Of a stretch of DNA of 64,000 bases, positions 14,641 to 26,665 are shown piece after piece. Each line of letters opens with the position of its first letter. Position 1 is the first letter of the stretch. Source of the stretch: Epiperipatus broadwayi (taxonomy: Eukaryota; Animalia; Onychophora); assembly GCA_028023455.1 (NCBI GenBank), contig JAQFVV010000005.1, positions 8,308,001 to 8,372,000 on the forward strand. Reading direction: 5' to 3'. Under the pieces are notes generated by a model, which made no database searches, was not told the origin of the DNA, and saw nothing but the letters and a program-made list of their open reading frames with translations. The position numbers were made by a program, and so were the translations under genes.

Positions 14641-15299
14641 AAGTACATAAATATGCCGTTTATGCAGCCACCGCCTTCTAGACCTATATATCTGTACAAA
14701 AAGCACAGAGGCCATTTAATATGTGGCAACCAAAGATACTATTAATTTCTATGCTATAAAGATGCAGTTTGAGTGGCGGCCAGCCTGTTTTAGTGTTACG
14801 CACTTTATCCCAATGCTCACAGTTCAATATTCACTACAGTATTGTGTGAGGATGTATGGACTTCAGCCGGCCACAACTCTTCAAATATGAATGTCAAAGG
14901 AATTAGCTTAGAAGTCATTTGACTTACTATTACCTCCTAACAATTGGCCACTCATTGCCTTGCTTCCCTACTCAATGTGGAACCTTCAAATCAATTCGGA
15001 AAGGTTAGGTCCAATCAAGATTTCAACAAGCTCACGCGAATAGTCACATTTTTGTGAGAACATGTCTGTGACAAATAAAATGGCTGACAGTTTGAAATCA
15101 GGCCAACTGCCATCCACAGAAGTCAGCCTGCACAGGAAATTGATTAATTCTACTGGAATAGAATTTTTGCAGTAAGGTAGGTCAATTGGTAAAGTTTTAA
15201 TTCTTGCAGATGTGAAAAAGAAATACCCCTCTGGCCTACATTGCAGGACTAAGATTTGACTTTTCGGGGCCACTTGGAGTTCAAGCGGGTTTTGAAATT

Positions 15300-15440
15300 T
15301 GAAACCATGCCTCTTTATATTTTCTTTTTTAATCATTGTGCTCAGTGAAAACAACTTTAATAGTAACAGGACCAAAATTGTGGCCAGATTACATTTCATG
15401 TTCTAAAAATATAGATTTAATATTAGGGTCTCTTTTACCA
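15300..15440 (-). mobile_element. Penelope GIY-YIG C-terminal fragment
   Basis: Minus strand reads RDPNIKSIFLEHEM*SGHNFGPVTIKVVFTEHND*KRKYKEAWF; homologous to 20110-20235 (+). Confidence 0.8.
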
Positions 15441-15444
15441 GGCC

Positions 15445-18400
15445 TTAAAGGAACCGAGCAAGGAAAATTCCTAATGTCCACTCCATACGTTCTTGTTGTT
15501 GCAGCTGTTATTACTATATGTTTATTCATATAGTATAAGAACATGGATGGGCTGCTCACCAACACGCATTAGCCAGCGTGGTGAGTTTATTGGCTTTTTA
15601 CCTCTGAGTTTAAGATCAAGAAACACCATGGTCTTTCTTCTCAGTGCCTGATAAGGCAGAATGAATGTTTGTGTAAATGATAAAGATTTTTCCCAATTAT
15701 ACAATTATGACAGACAAAAATAAAGCATGGCCCTTAATCCCAGGAGGCTGTAAAGTCACCAACCAAGGCAGCGGTTGGTGGCCGAAGGCGGAGGGTGCTA
15801 AGAATATCCTGGAGGCGGACCCAGGCTGCCATTTGATGACGACTTTTTATTTAGGTACTTACAACTGCAGATCACTTTCAAGTGAAGGAAGATTGCAAGA
15901 ATTAGAAGAAGAACTCTCTTATATTAAATGGGATATTATTGGACTTTGTGAAGTTAGAAGAAAAGGTGAAGAGACAATTGATTTAAAAAGTGGACATATG
16001 CTCTATTATAAAGGCACAAATATTGGAAATACAAGTGGAGTAGGATTCATTATAAATAAAAAGTGGAAGAACAATATTGTGGAGATTGATGGTGTATCAG
16101 ACAGAGTGGCAAGATTAGTTATACAACTTAATAGCAGATATCAAATGCAGATAATTCAGGTTTATGCCCCAACAAGTTCTCACTGTGATGAAGTAGTAGA
16201 TTTTTATATGGATGTACAAAAGGCTTTTGATCAGAGTAAACAACATTTTAAAATTGTTATGGGAGATTTTGATGCTAGAATTGGTAAACAAATGAAAGAT
16301 GAAAGTGTTGTAGGTAATTTTGGTTATGGTAATAGAAATGAGAGAGGACATAGACTTGTGGAGTTTGCAGAGAAGGAAAAACTTTATGTTATGAATTCTT
16401 TTTTTGAGAAAAATGTTAGAAGGAAATGGACATGGAAGCATCCAAATGAAGGTACAGCAGAATTGGATTATATTTTGACTAACAGGAAATACATATTTCA
16501 ATATTGTAATGTTCTTAATAAATTTAACACAGGAAGTGATCATCGATTAGTAAGGGGTAAGATACATGTTAATGTAAAACTAGAGAGACAAAAATTATTA
16601 AGAAAAACTATATTTACAGTTGATATTCCTAATCTTCAGAAACATTCTAATGAATTTAAATTAGAACTTACAAATCGGTTTCAAGTATTAGTAGATTTTG
16701 AACATGATTCAGATTTGAATGAAATTAATATGAAAATAACTGATACACTTTTAAAAACTGCAACAAAGATAGCTGGTAGAAAAAAGCAGCAATTGACTAA
16801 TAAAATTTCTACTGAGACTAGAGAACTTATGAAGAAAAGAAGGAATATGAAGATATGCAAGAATGATGCATTAAAAAGAATTGAATATCTCGAATTTTGT
16901 AAAGTGGTGCGGAAAAGAGTTGAAAATGATATAAGAAAGTATAACTGTGAACTAGCAAGAAAAGCTGTAGAAGAAAATAATAGTCTTAAGAATGTAAAAC
17001 AACATTTTGGTATTGGTAGGAAATTTATATCTGCAATAATGAAAAAAGATGGAATTATTACTAAAAAGAAGGATGACATTATGAAATTGGTAGAAGATTT
17101 TTATCAAGAATTATATAGTAATAAAGAACAAGTACCTCCTATATCTATTACATCTTCTGAATTGCCCAGAATTTTAAATGAAGAAGTGAGAAATGCAATT
17201 AAATGTATGAAAAAAGGAAAGGCTCCAGGTAATGATGGAATTATAATTGATATATTAAAAGAAGCAGGTGAAGAAACAGAAAAAATATTAGCAAAGTTAT
17301 ATACCAAATGTCTAAATGATAAAGATGTACCGGATGATTGGAAGAATGCAGTAATAATATTAATATTTAAAAAAGGTGATAAAGAAGATATTAAAAATTA
17401 CAGACCTATCAGCCTTTTATCAGTTTTATATAAAATTTTTACCAAGATAATTACAACTCGTCTACAGAGAACCTTGGATTTTCACCAACCAAGAGAACAA
17501 GCTGGATTTAAAAGTGGTTTTAGTACAGTAGATCATATTCAAGTATTGAGAGAAGTTATAGAAAGGACAAATGAATATGAGTTGTCATTATGTTTTGGAT
17601 TTGTAGATTATGAAAAGGCATTTGATTCTATAAACATTTCTTCAGTGATTAAAGCATTGGATCATCAAGGTATAGATCCAGGATATTGTCATATTTTAAA
17701 GAATATTTATAAAAATGCAACAGCAACAATTAGATTACATAATGATACTGGGAAAGTCAACATTGAGAAAGGTGTAAGACAAGGTGACTCCATATCTCCA
17801 AAACTTTTTACAGCAGTGCTGCAAGAAGTATTTTGTGGATTAAAATGGGAAACTAAAGGAGTGAAAGTAAATGGAGATTATTTAAGTCATTTAGATTTCG
17901 CAGATGATGTAGTTGTTTTTGCAAATAATGCTTCCGAGCTGCAGGAAATGTTGCAGGAGTTATCAGATGAAAGTAGGAAAGTAGGACTAAAGATAAATGT
18001 TAAAAAGACTAAAGTAATGTTTAATCGATTTGCTCAAAATATGAAAATAAAGATTGATTATGATGAATTAGAAGAAGTTAAGAGTTACAAATACCTTGGT
18101 CAGATTATTAATACAGATGGAAACATAATAGAGGAAATTAATCATAGAATTAAACTTGGTTGGAGTGCTTTTGGTAGAAATAACTTGATATTAAAAGGAA
18201 ATATGCCTATATGTTTGAAAAGAAAGGTTTTTAACAAATGTGTTTTACTAGTTCTTACTTATGGATCTGAGACTTGGACACTTAATAGAAGATCAATACA
18301 GAGACTTCAGACCACTCAAAGAAGTATGGAGAGATGTATGTTGGGAGTAACAAGAAGAGATCGAAAATGCAATGTATGGGTAAGAGAACAAACAGGTGTT

Positions 18401-18680
18401 ACTGACCTCATTGAAAAAATTAAAAGATTGAAGTGGAGTTGGGCTGGACATATTGCTAGAAGAGATGATAATAGATGGACAATTGAAATTTTAAACTGGA
18501 TTCCAAGAGATTGTAAAAGACCCAGAAGGAGACCACATGTAAGATGGATGGATGAAATAAGAAAATGTGTAGGGGTGATGTGGAGAAGAGAAGCTAAAGA
18601 TCGGAGAAGATGGATTGAACTTGGAGAGACCTTCATCCTGCAGTGGATTGATAATGGTTGATAATGATAATGATGATGAT
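15445..18680 (+). mobile_element. Apparently full-length RTE-clade non-LTR retrotransposon
   Basis: Single APE-RT ORF and a (GAT/AAT)n tail at ~18660-18680. The 5' leader from at least ~15560 is shared with the old copy at 56350-56680 (-). The 5' boundary is approximate and no TSD was found. Confidence 0.93.
15677..18661 (+). CDS. RTE-type apurinic-like endonuclease / reverse transcriptase (994 aa; ATG at 15836 is an alternative start)
   Basis: APE motifs [34 protein letters not shown] motifs [45 protein letters not shown]-terminus YGSETW, WAGH, RPRRRP.RW. Confidence 0.97.
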   Translation: MIKIFPNYTIMTDKNKAWPLIPGGCKVTNQGSGWWPKAEGAKNILEADPGCHLMTTFYLGTYNCRSLSSEGRLQELEEELSYIKWDIIGLCEVRRKGEETIDLKSGHMLYYKGTNIGNTSGVGFIINKKWKNNIVEIDGVSDRVARLVIQLNSRYQMQIIQVYAPTSSHCDEVVDFYMDVQKAFDQSKQHFKIVMGDFDARIGKQMKDESVVGNFGYGNRNERGHRLVEFAEKEKLYVMNSFFEKNVRRKWTWKHPNEGTAELDYILTNRKYIFQYCNVLNKFNTGSDHRLVRGKIHVNVKLERQKLLRKTIFTVDIPNLQKHSNEFKLELTNRFQVLVDFEHDSDLNEINMKITDTLLKTATKIAGRKKQQLTNKISTETRELMKKRRNMKICKNDALKRIEYLEFCKVVRKRVENDIRKYNCELARKAVEENNSLKNVKQHFGIGRKFISAIMKKDGIITKKKDDIMKLVEDFYQELYSNKEQVPPISITSSELPRILNEEVRNAIKCMKKGKAPGNDGIIIDILKEAGEETEKILAKLYTKCLNDKDVPDDWKNAVIILIFKKGDKEDIKNYRPISLLSVLYKIFTKIITTRLQRTLDFHQPREQAGFKSGFSTVDHIQVLREVIERTNEYELSLCFGFVDYEKAFDSINISSVIKALDHQGIDPGYCHILKNIYKNATATIRLHNDTGKVNIEKGVRQGDSISPKLFTAVLQEVFCGLKWETKGVKVNGDYLSHLDFADDVVVFANNASELQEMLQELSDESRKVGLKINVKKTKVMFNRFAQNMKIKIDYDELEEVKSYKYLGQIINTDGNIIEEINHRIKLGWSAFGRNNLILKGNMPICLKRKVFNKCVLLVLTYGSETWTLNRRSIQRLQTTQRSMERCMLGVTRRDRKCNVWVREQTGVTDLIEKIKRLKWSWAGHIARRDDNRWTIEILNWIPRDCKRPRRRPHVRWMDEIRKCVGVMWRREAKDRRRWIELGETFILQWIDNG

Positions 18681-18688
18681 ATATTGTA

Positions 18689-19140
18689 CTAGTTTGGAGA
18701 TAATTTATCTTTAGTATTGTTCAAAATTTGATTAAGATTAGTAGACTTTCTAAAACTAATATGGAAATTGTTTGAGGAGATAGTTCCCATCTTTTTAGAT
18801 ATATATGGTGAAAAAGGAAGCTGATCCATGTTATTCATGTTCCTAATATTTAAAGATAAATACAATTTTTTAAGAGTTTTATTTAATATATTAATATTAT
18901 ATCCTAAATTGACTAAATCTTTTATATAGTTTTCAATGTCATCTTTTCTGTCTGCTTCAAACTTACATAATTTATAATTTCTATATAAAAACCATTTGAA
19001 GTCAACTAATTTATGTGAAATTGGAGTATAAGAATGTGGGTGAATTACACCATAAACATTGATGGGTTTTATAATCATTTTATCTTCATTTGAATGCTTG
19101 TGAATATTACATTTATAAATATATAACCCTAACAATAAAC
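18689..19140 (-). mobile_element. Penelope-like fragment (RT thumb/linker), inverted partial duplicate of 19575-19985
   Basis: 148-aa ORF (HPHSYTP..HKL...FLYRNYKLC...LVNLGYN...KDKLSPN); its reverse complement matches the + copy. Confidence 0.85.
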
Positions 19141-19269
19141 TTGCTTCATTAGATGTAATGGAACTTTATGGTTCAATATCATGATGGTTAACTATTAGTA
19201 TAATTCATATATTAATTAATTTAAATTTTAATAAGCATAAAATAAATTTTATTGTTGATGTTCTTAAAT

Positions 19270-20330
19270 GGATGGATAGTGACATAACAACCCTTTTCAA
19301 TGGTGAATTTTATACAATGGAACATGGATGGTTATGGAGTTATGATTAAGTGGAATAATTTGTAGTATAGTTCTTAACCAATTTGAATTAGTAGTCATTC
19401 CAAAAAAAGTTTGCTATAGCAACATCACCTTTGTATAAATGTTATGTAAATAATGTTCTTATCTATGCTGAAGAAAAAATAATTATTGATATAAAGGATG
19501 AATTATCTCATTTATCTTTTTTAGTTTGGACTATAAAAAATGAAGATATATCAAATGGTATCAAGTTTTTAGATATGTATATTCAACATTCAAGCTCACA
19601 AATTATAAAATGATTATAAAATCCATCAATGTTTGTGGTGTAATAGCCCATATTCTTATACTCCAATTTCACATAAATTGGCTGGCTTCAGATGTTTTTT
19701 GTATAAAAACTATAAATTATGAATGTTTGAAACAGCCAAAAAAGACAATATTGAAAACTATATAAAAGACTTAGTCACTTCATGATATAATATTAATATA
19801 TTAAATAAAACTCTTGAAAAATTATATTCATCTTTAAATACTATGGATCAGCTTTCCTTTATATCGCATATATCTAAAAAGTTAAAACAATCAGCTCGAA
19901 TGATTTCAATATTAGTTTTGGAATCCCTCCTAATCTTAATCAATTTAAATTTTGAACAATACTAAAGATAAATTACCTCCAAATCAAGCTCTTCAAATAG
20001 TTTATAAAATTGAATGTAATGAACCAACATATAATGCAATTTATTATGGTGAGTCTCGTGCCAATTATGCTACAAGATTAGCACAATATATATATATAAA
20101 CATGCTAAAACAAACCCTAATATTTTTAGAACATGAAATGAAGTCTGGACACAATTTCAATCCTGTTAATATTAAAGTTGTATTTGCACTGAGCACAATG
20201 ATCGAAAAAGAAAATATAAAGAATTATGGTTTATAGCAAATAACATAATGCAATAAATGAGAAAGACTCATGCACTGGATTATCACGTAAAGAGTATATA
20301 TAAATTCTATTTATATAAACTTATAGTAGT
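19270..20330 (+). mobile_element. Decayed 5'-truncated Penelope-like element (RT + GIY-YIG)
   Basis: EFYTMEHG, LYKCYVNNVL (YVDD mutated), IKFLDMYI, IVYKIECN...IYYGESRANYATRL, EHEMKSGHNF. Confidence 0.88.
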
Positions 20331-20520
20331 TTTATGAATATAACTGATCTGGTCAAAAACAATATTTAGAAATGTTTTATTAAATTGATAATCTTGCCAG
20401 AGTAGTGTATCTTTACTATTATTATTTTTATCATTAATTACAGTAAATAACATTTTAATCCATTTCACTATATTCTTTATAAATATGGTCATTCATTAAT
20501 ATATTAAAAATTACAAAAAC

Positions 20521-20745
20521 AAATTCTTTAACACACTTTTTTTTCTCCAAATTTTTTTTTTTAATTTTATGAACCATTTTTTCATACTTGTTTTCCAGCC
20601 TTTCAACCTACATTTTGACTACAATATATAGCCATTGTCAAGGACTATTTAAAAATATTGGAAAACAGAAGCATGAAAAAATGGTTCATAAAATTAAAAA
20701 AAAAACAAACAAGATTTGAAAAGAAAAAGTTTATTAAAGAATTTG
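20521..20745. repeat. Fold-back (~75-85 bp arms) with a degenerate minus-strand hammerhead in the loop
   Basis: Arms 20521-20597 and 20658-20745. The minus strand of 20603-20645 reads TTGACAA-t-GGCTAT/GTAGTC-AAAAT-GTA. Confidence 0.6.
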
Positions 20746-21621
20746 TTGCTTCCTTAATTTTTTTAAATATTTTAATCAATTTAAACAATCTCAACCCTAA
20801 GAAATGAAAGAAAAGTAAAAATAAATAAATACGTTAGTTCTCTTTCATATTGATATCAAAATGGAAAATGTATTTTATAGTTTTGAATATGTTTTATCGT
20901 TTTAATTTCTCTTAAAATTTCTTTATATTAATTATTTTTCATGCACATACACATGTAAATGTATATTAAATTTACTTAATATTTTTAAACCATCAATTCA
21001 AACCCTCAACTGCTCTTCCTGCCTATATGTGCCTTGATAATGAAACATTGTTTCAATCTGAAGCTGCAAGATCTCTATCAGAACCTGGAATATATGTAAA
21101 ACAGTCCAAGAAAGTATTGATGTATAGTAGTGAAACTGGAAATGAATCACTTATGTCATCTTAGATATTAGCAAATGTTGACTGGGAAATATTAGTTCGG
21201 ATTATAATGTTTATGGTTCAGCTCATGGACTAAAATAAAATAGTATGAATTTCATTATAAGAAAGAATATTGCAAATATGTATAATTCCTTAAGTGATTA
21301 ATTGATATCAATGGAGTTTTACTTTCAAAAACAAATTTATTTAGACCAAAGAAATACAGACTGAAAAGCATAAAACAAGCAAAAGGTTATAAGATAGCAT
21401 GTAAAAAAAAAAAAGTTTCATATTTGAATTCATTTAACATTTTTACATTAGAAATCTACATTTAATGGTTATATCCATTTTATCACTTTTTAAGATTTGC
21501 TACAACCAGAGGGTGTTTCCAAGACGAGTTATGTAGTGATAAAATTAACAACAATATACACAGAAATGTATATATAATATTTATTCAACATATAATAGTA
21601 AGATAAAAAATATTAAGAATG

Positions 21622-21699
21622 TAATAATCCATAAAATGAAATAAGCTGTAATTTATCTTCAATAATAATCCATAAAATGAAATAAGCTATAATTTATCC
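21622..21699. repeat. 41-bp tandem duplication
   Basis: taataatccataaaatgaaataagct.taatttatc at 21622 and 21663. Confidence 0.9.
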
Positions 21700-22754
21700 T
21701 TGAATGGAAATATATATTCCCACAAGAAGTAACCAATTTTGTGTGTTTTCAAAATTAAGTCTTTTGCACATACATCATGTATATTAGGAAATACAAGTAC
21801 TGTATTCCTTTCAATACGGACTAATGTTTAGCAATTTAAATGTCTTTAATGGACAATATGCTATTTCCTTCTACAAATAAACTCATTAAAATTTGCAATT
21901 GGCACACAATTTACACATTTAAAACACCATTCCACTATTACTACTTCTCACTTGTAATTTTTTAACTTCTGTTAATTAATCTTTTTTTTAGTAACTATTT
22001 TAAATGATAAGAAATACTTGTTTTCACCCAACATCACTTAATTGCTTTGGGGGGGGGTATTTACACTTTGCTAATTTGTATGTAAATATCTTTAATTGTA
22101 TACAATTTTTTTACCCCCCCCCCCCAATTAAATTTTTATTGGGATCATCTCGTTATAGATTTTCTAAAATAATTTTTTAAACAAAAAGAATGTTTTATAA
22201 GCCAAGAAATATGTAGTATTTACAAAAATAAACAATCTTTATTTACACATATGTTTTATATGCACTGACATTCCAAGATTGAAATGGCTGTCCAGATTGA
22301 TAAATAAAAATTTTGTGATCTTAAAGATTTAAAATCCCAGTAATTTTTAAAATATAGTAGTAATGTTAGTTCCAAAAATATTACAATTTTTTTGGGATAT
22401 ACTGATCCATGAAATTGTCCACCTGATTTTAGATGCTTCCACTATTTCAATTTATAAAAATAAAGAAAGTAGTAAATATTGCTATTATATCACTGCTATC
22501 CAGTACAATGAAAATATTTTCTAGGACTTCACTGAATAATTTCTATCGAATTCAGTGGTGGAGAAACAAATATTACAATAGTTTCAGACACCAGGCAAAT
22601 GTAAGCAAAGCTGTGATTTAGATACTATTTTACTGATTTATTTAAGATATTTGATTCATTTAATCAAAAAGATTTATGGAATGTTTACAAACAGCCAGTC
22701 ATAAGAGAAAACATCTTTATATAATGCAATGCAGCTACTATATTATGTATTAAA

Positions 22755-22947
22755 TAAATTGTTTTTTCTCTTCACCAATAAAAATTGTAATTATAAATAT
22801 GCGATTTTTTCGCATGCGTTAGTGAAGCTACCCTAGCGCATCTCTGAGGAATGCCAAAGCACAAAACAATTGGTCAGCTAGAATATTAAAACTTATATTA
22901 TAATTATAGCTTCACTAACGCATGCAAAAAAAAATCGCATATTTATA
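22755..22947 (+). mobile_element. 193-bp fold-back HHR retroelement (family C) with 13-bp TSD
   Basis: ATTATGTATTAAA at 22742-22754 and 22948-22960. Inverted arms ~22788-22830 / 22907-22951. HHR-like core in the loop. Confidence 0.75.
22840..22879 (+). ncRNA. Hammerhead, family C (mutated)
   Basis: CTGAGGA 22844-22850; ATGC-CAAA-GCAC; AAAAC (G12 to A); AATTG; GTC 22873-22875. Confidence 0.55.
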
Positions 22948-23399
22948 ATTATGTATTAAAATAAAAAACAAAACAAAAATATTATTACTGATAGTAAAAA
23001 AATCAGAACTTTTAAATGGCAATTGGTATTAAACAAAGATGTATAATAGCTTCATTTTTATAAATAATGGCTTTTGTAATAGTTTCCAAATAGTTTCATG
23101 AAGTTTTGATATAGTTTTAATGATATCTGAAGTGATTAAAACAAAACAATTTTTTTTTCAACTGTGACAATTTTGCATTTCAAAGAATGATAAGCAAAAT
23201 GCTTTTAATGTTGTGAGCACAATCTATTGATTTAGAAATTAATGTTAAAAAACATAAGATAATTTGTAATATAAGTAAAAAAATAGCTTCAGGGGTTGAG
23301 AAATTGAATAAATTATTTGTAAGTAGAAAGATCCTTGTATGCTGAGGTGCAATATAAACTCTGATATGTTACTGCTGCAATTAACAAGTTAAAAGATAG

Positions 23400-24450
23400 G
23401 GCATTTATTATAGTAATATAACTATTTCAAATAAATTAGTTGAATATAACACCACTATAATATCAAATTTATTACATGGGGGTGAGAGGATTTTATATTA
23501 TAATAATATAAGAATACTGAAAAATTTTCATTTAAGAATAAACTGTAGTATTCTCAAAAGAAGATGGCAAGATCATAAGAAAAGATATATTCTTTATTTG
23601 CTTTATGAAATTTATTTAATTTACAATTGTAAACCACATTAAGAGCAATAAAACTTCTAAAAATATATATATGATGAGTTTGAATATAATTCTCTGAGAT
23701 TGGCAGATATTCTAGCAAGTTCCAATACCATTTCATTTAATTGAGGATTTAGCAAAATATAAAAATCCATTGAAAAATACAATTAGATAGTGCTAAAATT
23801 CTTTTTGAAAAGTATGCTAGAGGAAACACTAAAATATAGTACTCAAATATGTCAGATACACAAATAAATATATAATACACAGTTGTATTCATGTTGTATC
23901 AATTGACTTGTATAATCATTGTAAAACTCATCAATTTTTTGACTCTGTGTCTCTTCTACATTTTGGACTTAAGATGGGCATATTTATTTATGGCAGACTC
24001 CTTGCGATGACACCAAAACAAGCAATTGAAATTATTCAATAATATTTAAACAATTGACAATCAGTGATCGAAAGTATATACCAATAATTTCTAGTCATCT
24101 AATGATCAAAACTGGTTATTAAAATCTCTATTCTAATTTTTGACATTGCTTATTGAATAACAAATTGTTACTATTACTGTTCATGTCACATGTATTAAAA
24201 AGATGAGGTTTTTGCTGGTAGCAAAAAAAAACTTAATAAAAGTTGAACTACATTATCTATTTTATAAAGTAATAAATAATATGATCTCAACCTTTGTGAT
24301 AATATTCTTTTATTTTGTTAGCACCAGCATCTTTTCATTTATGGCACGTCATACACCTGGGACATTTCACAGGTGACTTCATTGGGAATTAGTTTTGCCA
24401 TGAATCATACCACTGAGAATAATAAAATTGCTATAATTTTTTTTTAATAT
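23400..24450 (-). mobile_element. Probable decayed hAT transposase
   Basis: Weak motif traces in the expected order on the minus strand: QVYDVP*M (GQxYDGAxxM-like), WCHRKESAI (TRWxxR-like), LMILPSSFENTTVYS*MK (dimerisation-domain-like). Confidence 0.35.
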
Positions 24451-26434
24451 GCAGTTCTCAATTTATGCTACCTATGAATATTTAGTGCACTTTTTTGATA
24501 GTCAGATACTATTCAGTACATTGCTTTTTCTTCATCCAAAAATCAAAACCAGAAATTAACAAAAATAAAATTTAATCCTTCATTCTAAAAGATTGAAAAT
24601 ACCAAATCAGAAGTATCATATTAAAATCTTTCTAAAATGATTAATAAACTGCTTTCAATTGGCATTTAAGCTAAATGATCACAGAAGTATTACCATGCTG
24701 AGATGTAGAATCAAATATGACATGGAACAATGATTGTAATGATAAAATAATAACATCAAATAAAAATTAGACTATTCTCTCAAAAATATAGTTTATAGAG
24801 ATAGATTATAACACGGTGCAACGTTAATTTAATAAGTATGAAATATGACTGTATTTACTTTTTAATTAAAAAAAAATCTTTTATTTCAATATTTGATACA
24901 TACACCAGATCCTATTTTTAAAAAGATAATCAATCATTATTTAAGAAATCATGTTATTTAAATATTAGATTGAATTTTGATCTAAGAATCTTTAGCCCTT
25001 TGATACATTATTCTAACACTGCACTAAATCACACAATATGTCAGATCCTAAAATTAAAGCTTTGGTGGAAAATGGTCAAAAAATTGAAAACACAAAAAAT
25101 TATTGAAAAAATTTGTAATATTACATTATTGTACATTATTAAAAGAAATAACATATTTCATAATAAAAGTCACAATTCTTCCAAACTAATCTGGCTGATT
25201 TGGATTTCAAATGTCTGAATCTGAAAAATAAAAATTAAGACATTTGACAATAGATTCTCCACAATTATGATTTCCATATTCATAGTTTTAGTTAACAATC
25301 ATTTACAAAAATATTATATAAAAAAATTAGAAATTATTAAAAAAGATATTTTAATTTTAGTAGTTGCAAGCAAATAATTAATGTAGTTTTTTTCAGTAAA
25401 TCTTTAAATACTTAATTTATTATAAAAAGGAGTTCGTTTAAAAACATGAGATTATAACATACATGAAGAAATAAAATACAAATATAAGAGATTTATACTA
25501 AATTAGTATATGTGTTTGGGCAAATTCAAATTTATAATAATAATAGTACCTGTCAGTGAGTCAGTTTCCTTAATAAAAAAAAAACATTCCTTCAAATTAT
25601 TTAGGTTTGAAAGTGTAGTAGAAATTTGTGCTTTTCAAAGAAGCAAACTATTTTGTTGTCTACTTTAATATAAGTCCTTATCTCTTCTATGTCATCACAA
25701 AAAAAATTATTAGATTTTCACTTTTAAAAGAGAAAGAAAGAATATTTTTAGCCATTACTTGTTCCTAGCTATTCTTTTGTTTTAGATTTAACAAAAAAAA
25801 TTTTTTTTAATGTACATTATTAACTTAATTAAAAACTGCTAATTACAATTTATCTACATTTTGTTAATCATTCTGTTGCTGAAGTAGTTTTTAATAAACC
25901 AGTGTAATAGATGTGTGAACATTTATATATATTGTATCTATTTATTGAAAAAATCTATACCAGTGGTGCACAAATATTTTAGACTTGCGACTCTTTCCCT
26001 TGGATAAAAATTTTACATGACTTATTACTTATTTTTTACCATGCTTAAATTATAAGTACGAATATGTAAAGATATTCATAATAAAATGATAGTAGTTTTA
26101 ATAATATACAAATTTATATTTCATAATATTTTAGTATTAAGCATATAGGATTTGAAATGAAATTTTTGAAACAAATCATATACTTACATAAACAATTATT
26201 GTATATATAAAAATGAATTTCTTTTCATGTGATTATTATCTATTTTCAAAAATTAAATTCTTTCAAAAAAAAACCCCACACCATTATCCAAAACTTTCTT
26301 AAAAATTTTGCTAACCTCAATAATTTTTACACAAGCCCTGAGGAATTCCTTTTCCTGTGTATTGATTTCTACTTTAACCTATCATACCATTTAATCCTTT
26401 CTTAAACATTTATGAATACTCTTTATTTATATCA

Positions 26435-26476
26435 AAACTAACAGTTTCGAATGTCCTGAAGTCATCATCAGAGCTA
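26435..26476 (-). ncRNA. Hammerhead, family B (stem II damaged)
   Basis: Minus strand: AGCT-CTGATGA-T-GACTT-CAGGA-CATTC-GAAAC-T-GTT-AGTT. Confidence 0.6.
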
Positions 26477-26625
26477 CAATATTCAAATATATAATTATAT
26501 AATTAATACACTTATACATATATTCATATACATTTATATATACTTATTTTTGTTTATATTGTGTATTTAATTATGTATATGAATGTGTATAAGTGTATTA
26601 ATTATATAATTATGTATTTGATTAT

Positions 26626-26665
26626 AGCTCTGATGATGACTGCAGGATAGTTGAAACTGTTAGTT
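26626..26665 (+). ncRNA. Minimal type I hammerhead, family B
   Basis: AGCT-CTGATGA(26630-26636)-T-GACTG-CAGGA-TAGTT-GAAAC(26653-26657)-T-GTT-AGTT. Core intact; stem II pairs with GU wobbles. Confidence 0.72.

Noticed and set aside
14986-15399. 137-aa minus-strand ORF
   Set aside because: Chimeric: its start is an out-of-frame read of the PLE GIY-YIG fragment, and the rest has no recognisable motif.
16115-18636. Several antisense or shifted ORFs (16115-16543, 16681-17079, 17104-17307, 18316-18636; also 32286-32580)
   Set aside because: Shadow ORFs opposite the RTE coding strand, with low complexity and no motifs.
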